The notes below the pieces were generated by a model. The model was not told the origin of the DNA. It did no database searches and saw only the letters and a list, made by a program, of their open reading frames with translations. Position numbers and translations under genes: made by a program. 35,178 nt of DNA from assembly GCA_963827655.1 (NCBI GenBank), contig CAWHCF010000048.1, forward strand, positions 1-35,178, read 5' to 3'. Each line of letters starts with the position of its first letter. The first letter of the stretch is position 1. Shown here one piece after another: positions 28,958 through 35,178 of the stretch. The DNA comes from an uncultured Acidobacteriota bacterium. Lineage in GTDB: Bacteria; Acidobacteriota; UBA6911.

Positions 28958-30214
28958 ATGAACTCGGATACGCGACCAGTGCAGGAGACGGACCGCATCA
29001 CCCGAGTCATCTTCGAGTTTGCGGCTCGCATCGGCGAGGCACAGGAACCGGACCTCCTGCTCGTTCTGAATGCCGGGCTCGCCCGCGACCTGGTCGATGC
29101 GGATCGATGCAGCATCTGGCTGGCGGATCCGGACCACGGCGAATTGCGCACCAAAGTGGCGCATGGCGTGCCGGAGATTCGCATACCCGCCGGCCGTGGG
29201 CTGGTAGGCGCCTGCATCGAAACCAACGAGACCCTGCTGGTCAATGATACGTCAACCGACCCGCGTTTCGCCGGTCACGTGGACCGGGAGAGCGGATACC
29301 TGACTCGGTCGATGGTGGTGATCCCCCTGCATGGATCCGGCGGAAAAGTCATAGGCGCTCTGCAAGCTCTGAACAAGCCCGGAGGTTTCTCTCCCGACGA
29401 CGTCAACCTGCTTCGGCTGGCGGCGGCTTACGCCGCCTCTGCCATTGAAACCCAGCGGCTCCGTCAGGAAGCCGAGACGGCCCGGCTCGTGTATCGGGAA
29501 CTGGAGATCGCGCTCAGCGTACAGCAGAGGCTGCTTCCGGAACAGGCGCCCGACGCCGAGGGTCTGGAGTGCGCCGCATTTTGCCGGCCGGCTAAATTTG
29601 TGGGGGGCGACTACTACGACTTCATCGCTCTGCCCGGAGAATCACTTGCCTTCACCGTAGGCGACGTCTCAGGGAAGGGGATCGCCGCGGCCATGCTCAT
29701 GGCCAGCCTTCAGTCTCTGCTGCGCTCGGAGATGGCGCGGGCCCCGGCGTCTCTGGCGAATCTCATGAACAAGTTCAACGACGCGGTGTGCCGCTCTTCT
29801 GCGCCGGAACGCTACTCGACCCTTTTTTGCGGCCAGATCGACCGACAGCGGAGGAGCCTGACTTACGTGAATGCGGGACACGTGAGTCCAATGCTGCTTC
29901 GATCCTCGGGCACGCTGGAGCGTCTGGATACAGGAGGGATGCCGGTGGGACTCTTCGACCTGGCTCGCTATGAGGAGGGACGAGTGGACCTCGCTTCAGG
30001 CGACGTTCTGGTCTGCTACTCCGATGGAATCAGCGAGGCGACAAATACTGCCGGGGATTTATGGGAGGAGGAGGAACTCGAGCATGTTTTGCGCCAATCT
30101 GCCCGCTGCCCCGCGAGTGAATTGGTGGAAAAGATTGTCCGGGCCGCCGACGCCTATGCCGCGGGAGCCGAACAGTCGGACGATATGACGTTGGTTGCCC
30201 TCCGCATCCTGTGA
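28958..30214 (+). CDS. GAF domain plus PP2C (SpoIIE/RsbU-type) serine phosphatase
   Basis: GAF: DRCSIWL...DPRF...TRSM...QALNK. PP2C: VGGDYYD, GDVSGKG, NAGH, YSDGISE, DDMTL. Confidence 0.93.
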   Translation: MNSDTRPVQETDRITRVIFEFAARIGEAQEPDLLLVLNAGLARDLVDADRCSIWLADPDHGELRTKVAHGVPEIRIPAGRGLVGACIETNETLLVNDTSTDPRFAGHVDRESGYLTRSMVVIPLHGSGGKVIGALQALNKPGGFSPDDVNLLRLAAAYAASAIETQRLRQEAETARLVYRELEIALSVQQRLLPEQAPDAEGLECAAFCRPAKFVGGDYYDFIALPGESLAFTVGDVSGKGIAAAMLMASLQSLLRSEMARAPASLANLMNKFNDAVCRSSAPERYSTLFCGQIDRQRRSLTYVNAGHVSPMLLRSSGTLERLDTGGMPVGLFDLARYEEGRVDLASGDVLVCYSDGISEATNTAGDLWEEEELEHVLRQSARCPASELVEKIVRAADAYAAGAEQSDDMTLVALRIL

Positions 30215-30221
30215 ACGATCT

Positions 30222-30248
30222 CCTTAGCGTCTTCGCGTCTTAGCGGTT
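30222..30248. repeat. Short copy of the 9-bp-periodic arm overlapping the cyclase stop codon
   Basis: ccttagcgtcttcgcgtcttagcggtt, compare 8933-8959. Confidence 0.7.
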
Positions 30249-32348
30249 GGCTGCCTGCATCGCCAGGCGGCCCCGCAGCAACCACACGGTCATTCTTCCC
30301 TTTCCCTTTACCTCGATCTCGCCGCGCGGCTCGAACTCGTATTCATTCTTAAGGTGCTCGTACACCGTTCGCGTAACCTGGACGCTGCCGGCCACGCCGT
30401 GAGATTCCATGCGGCTGGCGGTGTTCACCGTGTCGCCCCACAGGTCGTAGATGAATTTCGTCGCTCCGATGACTCCTGCTACCACCGGTCCGGAGTTGAT
30501 GCCAATGCGAAGGGAAAAGTCCACGTCGCGATCCCTGCTGAAGCGGTGCGTCTCCGCCGTCATCTCCAGCGCCATGTCGGCCATCCGCTGCACGTGGTCG
30601 TCGCACTGGATGGGAAGTCCGGTCACTGCCATGTAGGCATCTCCGATGGTCTTGATTTTCTCGACCCCGAACCGCTGGGCTATGGCATCGAAACGCCGGA
30701 ACAGATCATTCAGCAGATCAACCACCTCGGTGGGTGGCCTTCCGTTTGACATCGTGGTGAATCCGACGATATCGGCAAACAGAACCGTCACTTCGGCAAA
30801 ATGGTCGGCGATGGTGCTCTCGCCGCTCTTCAGCCGGTCGGCGATAGGTCCGGGAAGTATGTTGAGCAGAAGCGCCTCGTTTTCCCGGTTCTTCTGATGA
30901 ATCTCTTCGGTCTGCTGTTGAATGCTGCCGGCCATTGCATTAAAGGTGTCCGAAAGATGTCCAAGTTCATCTTTCGAAGTCACGGGAACTCGGGCCGAGA
31001 GGTCCCCGGCGGCCAGACGTCGTGTCGCGGCGACCAGCGCGTTTACTGGCTTAAGAGTCCAGTGGCTGGTCAGGAGTACCAGCACGACCGTCAGCGCCAG
31101 CACCAGAAGCGTCAGGCGGCGCAGCCGCTGGCGCAGCTGTTCGACCGGCGCCAGAGCTTCATTCTCATCCATGCGCGAGGCGATGGTCCAATGAAGTCCC
31201 TCGATATTCAACGGGCCGTAGGAGACCAGCGTGCGCCCGCCGGCGCTCCCGATCTGGACGCGCGTGCCCTCCTCTCCGGCCAGGGCCGCCGTCACGGAGG
31301 GCAAGCGGACCTCCTGGAGCAACGAGGTCGAGTTGTATGCCTTCATGCGCAGCAATGTCTTGTATGGAACATTGCGCGCGCCCAGCCGTGTCAGATGCCG
31401 CTCCGGATCTTCGATGAAACCGCGCGAGGTGCTGCGCATCAGATAGTCGGGCCCGACGATCCCCGAGTCGCCGGTCCTGCCCAGCCCGTCTCGAACCCAA
31501 CCCTGGTTGCCCGAAACCACGTTGTCGATTTCGTGGTTAGACAGCTGCAGCGCCAGCACGCCGATCCTCTGGCCGTCCTTGACGATCGGCGAACAGACGA
31601 AGGCGCTCGGCTGTCCCAGGGAAGGCTCATAGGCCTCAAAGTCGGCTATCGCCAACCTCCCTGCGGTCCGGCAGTTCTCAAACGCCCGCGCCAGCGCCGT
31701 GCTGCGGTAGGGACCCGACCTGAGGTTGGTGACGAAATCCGGCTCTTTCAGCATGGTATAGAAGATCTGGCCGGTCTCGTGGTCAATCAAGAAGATGTCA
31801 ACGTAGCCGAAACGCTCGACAAACTTCCGTAACTCCTGGTGGTAACGGACATGGATTTTGCTGTATTCGCTGCCGTCGCTCGCCTGGTCCAGGTAATATT
31901 TCTTGCCGATCGGATGGGGGTTGTTGACGATATAGTGATACTGGAGGTAGTACGGGCCGCTGCCGCCGGGCAGGTACTGCTCGAACTGCGGTCGCAGATC
32001 CATGAATCTGCTCAGTTCGGGCAGGTAGCCTTCGCGGTAATAGCGGATGACCGGGTCCTGAAGTCGAGAAGGAATTTCCGGGCCTTCGAGTTTGGCGAAG
32101 GCGCTGCGAAACTCCCCCAACGCCGTAACGATGAGGCTGCTCTCGCCCATCGTCCTGATCTCATTGAAGGCCGTGCGGAAGTAGGATTCCACCTCGGAGC
32201 CTTTGGAACGCCGGATTCCTGTCAGTTGGTTCATCACGGTCGCCGTCAAGCTGTCCCGGGCGGTCACGTAGCCGAGGTAGGAGGAAACCAGGACGGGAAT
32301 CGTGCTCAACGCCAGGAGCAGGAGGGCGAGCTTGATTCCGAGCTTCAT
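30240..32348 (-). CDS. Membrane class III adenylate cyclase (periplasmic Cache-like sensor, HAMP, cyclase)
   Basis: Two TM segments and HAMP (DELGHLSDTFNAM). LFADIVGFT, EKIKTIGDAYM, YDLWGDTVNTASRME show the Lys/Asp ATP-specifying residues. Confidence 0.93.
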   Translation of the reverse strand: MKLGIKLALLLLALSTIPVLVSSYLGYVTARDSLTATVMNQLTGIRRSKGSEVESYFRTAFNEIRTMGESSLIVTALGEFRSAFAKLEGPEIPSRLQDPVIRYYREGYLPELSRFMDLRPQFEQYLPGGSGPYYLQYHYIVNNPHPIGKKYYLDQASDGSEYSKIHVRYHQELRKFVERFGYVDIFLIDHETGQIFYTMLKEPDFVTNLRSGPYRSTALARAFENCRTAGRLAIADFEAYEPSLGQPSAFVCSPIVKDGQRIGVLALQLSNHEIDNVVSGNQGWVRDGLGRTGDSGIVGPDYLMRSTSRGFIEDPERHLTRLGARNVPYKTLLRMKAYNSTSLLQEVRLPSVTAALAGEEGTRVQIGSAGGRTLVSYGPLNIEGLHWTIASRMDENEALAPVEQLRQRLRRLTLLVLALTVVLVLLTSHWTLKPVNALVAATRRLAAGDLSARVPVTSKDELGHLSDTFNAMAGSIQQQTEEIHQKNRENEALLLNILPGPIADRLKSGESTIADHFAEVTVLFADIVGFTTMSNGRPPTEVVDLLNDLFRRFDAIAQRFGVEKIKTIGDAYMAVTGLPIQCDDHVQRMADMALEMTAETHRFSRDRDVDFSLRIGINSGPVVAGVIGATKFIYDLWGDTVNTASRMESHGVAGSVQVTRTVYEHLKNEYEFEPRGEIEVKGKGRMTVWLLRGRLAMQAANR

Positions 32349-32513
32349 GATCGATGCACCATCATTCTTGCGGCAGATCCAAAGCTACAGGTGACCACTA
32401 AACCAGAAGCATCCTGCGGCGAGCTTGCGAGCAGTTGTCATTTTATCGCAGAGGTGAATCCAGCGCCAGACTCAGTAACGGGCCGCTACGTTGTATTACT
32501 AGTTCGTAACTTC

Positions 32514-32621
32514 TTGCTTTTTTTGGCAGGATTCTTGGTGTTTCTTCGTGTCTTTGAGTCTTCGTGGTATTTGTTAGACAGCTCCAACCACAAAGACACG
32601 AAGACACAAAGAAACACTAAG
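32514..32621. repeat. Full palindromic copy of the 9-bp-periodic element (type A)
   Basis: ttcttggtgtttcttcgtgtctttgagtcttcgtggtattt-gttagacagctccaac-cacaaagacacgaagacacaaagaaacactaag. Confidence 0.9.
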
Positions 32622-32643
32622 AGCACTTCGGTTGCGAGCAAAT

Positions 32644-33404
32644 TCAGCGTTCTGCGTCGCTTCTCGTACGGAACCGGGCCCATTCTTCGAGCAGCTCGCG
32701 AGCCAGTTGCCGGGCAAGGAGCCGGATGCGACCCTCGAACCGGTTCGAGGTCTCAAGCTCCCGCTGTCGCATCTGCGCCTCCAGACCCGGGCTCCGTTCG
32801 CGAAGATTGGCGCTCCCAAGCTGCGCGCCGACGTCGTGGGCCACCTCCTTCAGCTCTTCTCTCGTGGCCAGATCGTCGATATCGATTTCGCCATAGGTTG
32901 CATCCCAGTTCCGGATCCACCAGTCCCTGGTTTCGGGGCCATCCGCCTGACGCCTCGGAACCACCGAGAGCACTTCGTGCCGGATCCGTCCTATCTGCTC
33001 CGCCCCGCCGATCACTCGGAAGATCTCGCCCGTTTTCGGCACGTCGAGGCATTCCACGCCCGCGAGGGTCGCTCAGCTGCTTTCCCTCGAGCACCACATC
33101 GTCCTCCGCGGCGGAAGACGGGCCCTCGACGCGAATCAGCTGCTTCAGGACTGTCAGGACACCGATAAAAGGCAAACGAGCTTTACGGCGGGCGAACAGA
33201 GCGCGAGTCGGTCATCGTATTTTGTGCCCTTCATCGCCTCGCTGCCCAGGTACCCATCCGCGGACTCGGCAGTCAGTCTCGTGAGTGAGATGTCCGTATG
33301 CTCTGAGGTCCGGCCCAGAACCCGGGCCCCGCCACGGCTGGTGAGCCAATCAGCGCCAATGAGACCATGACTCCGGCGGCCAGGGTAAGGATCATCCGTC
33401 GCAT
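32644..33404 (-). pseudogene. Fragmented gene with a DUF2252-like C-terminus
   Basis: RBS plus signal-peptide-like start at 33404 that stops at 33273. LIRVEGPSSAAEDDVVLEGKQ joins ELKEVAHDVGAQLG...LLEEWARFR through a frameshift at ggg 33066-33068. Too short for a full-length member. Confidence 0.5.
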
Positions 33405-33479
33405 CTTTTGATCCTCCTCGCCTCTTCGAAGCGGATCTTTGGCCATTGCGCGCGCGCCAGCAAGCTGCCGCAGCAGAAG

Positions 33480-33537
33480 GCGCAACCAAGCCGGGTACTC
33501 CAAAGGCCCTTGGAGTGCGGACCCGCCTTGGTTGCGC
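33480..33537. repeat. Long imperfect palindrome (REP-like)
   Basis: GCGCAACCAAG/CTTGGTTGCGC outer arms, CGGGT/ACCCG and ACTCCAA/TTGGAGT inner arms. Confidence 0.65.
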
Positions 33538-33725
33538 GAAGCTTGCTTCACCAATCCGGCCTCCCCCGGGCTGTGGACCTCTTTGCTCAGAAACCCTGGG
33601 TTACCGCGGTAGTATAAACCTTAACTCTCCCCAGGAGGGGACGTTGTCGAACTACGGCCACACACCCTATGGCTATTGCTTCGTCGCGAGCGTAAACCGC
33701 GCGCCGGGCCTCCACACAAGCACGA

Positions 33726-33755
33726 TTGACATATAACCATACCATTGATATGGTT
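33726..33755 (+). promoter_or_regulatory. vapBC promoter with overlapping operator palindrome
   Basis: TTGACA-17 bp-TATGGT. Inverted repeat AACCATA-N7-TATGGTT. ATG lies 7 nt after the -10 with no RBS (leaderless). Confidence 0.75.
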
Positions 33756-33761
33756 TTCCAT

Positions 33762-33989
33762 ATGAAGACGACCCTGAACATTGATGACACAGTCATGGCT
33801 CAACTCAAGCGCGAAGCGGCGCGTCAGAACCGCACGATGTCCGAGTTGGTTGAGACGGCCTTGCGCGGGCTGTTCCGGTCCCAGAGAAAACGAGAGCACC
33901 TTCCCCCGCTGCCGACTTTTCAGAGTGGAGGTTCGGTCGTCGATGTCGCCGATCGGGATGCCCTGTACCAGGCTATGGAAGGTCGCTAG
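33762..33989 (+). CDS. vapB: VapB-type ribbon-helix-helix antitoxin
   Basis: MKTTLNIDDTVMAQLKREAARQNRTMSELVETALR; stop overlaps the vapC start. Confidence 0.9.
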   Translation: MKTTLNIDDTVMAQLKREAARQNRTMSELVETALRGLFRSQRKREHLPPLPTFQSGGSVVDVADRDALYQAMEGR

Positions 33990-34426
33990 TGCTCGTCGTC
34001 GACACCAACGTACTGGTTTACGCAGCCGACAAGGACTCACGGTTTCACACCGCATCCCGCGCCTGGCTTGAACGCCAGCGCGAGCGCGCAGACGCCTGGT
34101 ATACCACCTGGCCGATTCTATATGAGTTCATGCGAGTGACGACCCACCCGAGGGTAATGCGAGAGCCGTGGAGCGCGCCGGCCGCGTGGGATTTCATCGC
34201 GGTGCTCCTTGCCTCTCCTGGCCTCGATGTCCTTGTCCCAACAGAGCGGCACGCCGAGGTCGCCGCACAGGTTATCTCGGAGCTTCCTCACCTGGCAGGC
34301 AATTTACTCCATGATGCGCACACAGCGATCCTCATGCGTGAGCATGGAATCCGGCGCGTTTGCACGCGAGATACTGATTTCCACAGGTTTCCCTTTCTCG
34401 AAGTCGTCGAACCTTTTCAACCTTGA
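33989..34426 (+). CDS. vapC: VapC PIN-domain ribonuclease toxin
   Basis: VVDTNVLVYA, ILYEFMR, LHDAH, TRDTDF acidic PIN motifs are intact. Confidence 0.93.
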   Translation: MLVVDTNVLVYAADKDSRFHTASRAWLERQRERADAWYTTWPILYEFMRVTTHPRVMREPWSAPAAWDFIAVLLASPGLDVLVPTERHAEVAAQVISELPHLAGNLLHDAHTAILMREHGIRRVCTRDTDFHRFPFLEVVEPFQP

Positions 34427-34838
34427 GGGGTCATGAAGAACCCTCAGCGGCTTGGTTTTTGGCCCTCACCGCCAAGGCCCGAACGTCTCCAGGAAAAACC
34501 ACCCGCTGATCACGCAGAATACTTAATCACGTTGGGGTAGATCCACAATTTGCATACCAGTTTGACCCAGCCTCCGGCCCGAAATTTTTTCTGCTTGAAT
34601 ACCAAATCTAATGGATTTTATGCCAGGAAACGTTTGTTTATTCTCGCCAAGGCAGGGGGCAGTAACTGAGGCTGCCCTGTCACGGGATCGGCGGCCGTAC
34701 TCTGGGGGTGAGGCGGCCGCTGACCCCCCGAAAAGCTGCTTTGCGATTTTCTGAAGCTCAATCTCGTAACACCTGCGACCGCCCGGTATCCCAGAATCCA
34801 GTTTCTAGGCGCTTAGTGAAACGTTCACCAACATGTTG

Positions 34839-34908
34839 TCGTTCACAAGGGTCTTTCGTTCGGGGCGAAGTCCCCGAACGAACCTTAGTATCCTCGTGCG
34901 TTAGTGGT
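34839..34908. repeat. Hairpin plus 9-bp-periodic arm element (type B), second copy
   Basis: TTCGTTCGGGG-CGAAGT-CCCCGAACGAA perfect stem; matches 8888-8958. Confidence 0.85.
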
Positions 34909-34998
34909 CGCGCTCAATACAACGGGCCCATGACCGCACGACACGCGAAGCCCAGCGAAACACCCGCGGTTGATTTTAGGTGCACAAGAGGTGAATCT

Positions 34999-35178
34999 GT
35001 GCGAACCTATTCAAACCCTGACGAACTCTCAAACAGCGTTTTCCCGGCAGCTACTCGCGTGGACAGCGCTGTGACTGCTGATGATCGGTCCTCCATGCCG
35101 CTGATGACAAAAGCAAGGAATGTTTCCTGCGAAGAGGTGACAACTGATCCCGACGGAATGGCCTGGCGCTACGCAAGC
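34999..35178 (+). CDS. Possible 5' part of a gene running off the window
   Basis: GAGGTG RBS, GTG start and 60 open codons to the window edge; no recognisable motif. Confidence 0.3.
   Translation, partial: MRTYSNPDELSNSVFPAATRVDSAVTADDRSSMPLMTKARNVSCEEVTTDPDGMAWRYAS

Noticed and set aside
31839-33284. 481-aa plus-strand ORF
   Set aside because: Spans the antisense of the cyclase, a repeat element and a pseudogene; low-complexity translation.

Overview
GC-rich bacterial window, most likely Acidobacteriota (inferred from an orphan duplicated ADOP-type ABC permease, DUF1549/1553-DUF1501 pairs and an Acidobacteria-style OmpA). Left end (1-3 kb): accessory region resembling a decaying integron cassette array, with a hicBA pair and an NDT-like/TIR fusion gene bracketed by GTTAGGC...GCCTAAC core sites, followed by a DUF1801 gene and a hypothetical membrane protein. 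3-9.7 kb: ADOP permease, a six-CxxCH cytochrome with an N-terminal P460-like domain, and a SnoaL-like protein. 9.7-19.2 kb: a co-oriented cluster of two paralogous [DUF1549/1553 - Tat DUF1501 - non-catalytic FGE-fold] modules flanking an SMP-30 lactonase. 19.6-32.3 kb: envelope and signalling genes (patatin-beta-barrel fusion, atypical REC-HATPase, OmpA, NTT-like MFS transporter, SYLF protein, GAF-PP2C, adenylate cyclase). Right end: DUF2252-like remnant and vapBC. About ten copies of a 9-bp-periodic palindromic intergenic element are scattered through the window, and a four-helix-bundle gene remnant lies between inverted heptamer repeats. Several single-base frameshifts sit in short homopolymers and may be assembly errors. 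No rRNA, tRNA or CRISPR array was seen. All family calls are from motif recognition, not database searches.
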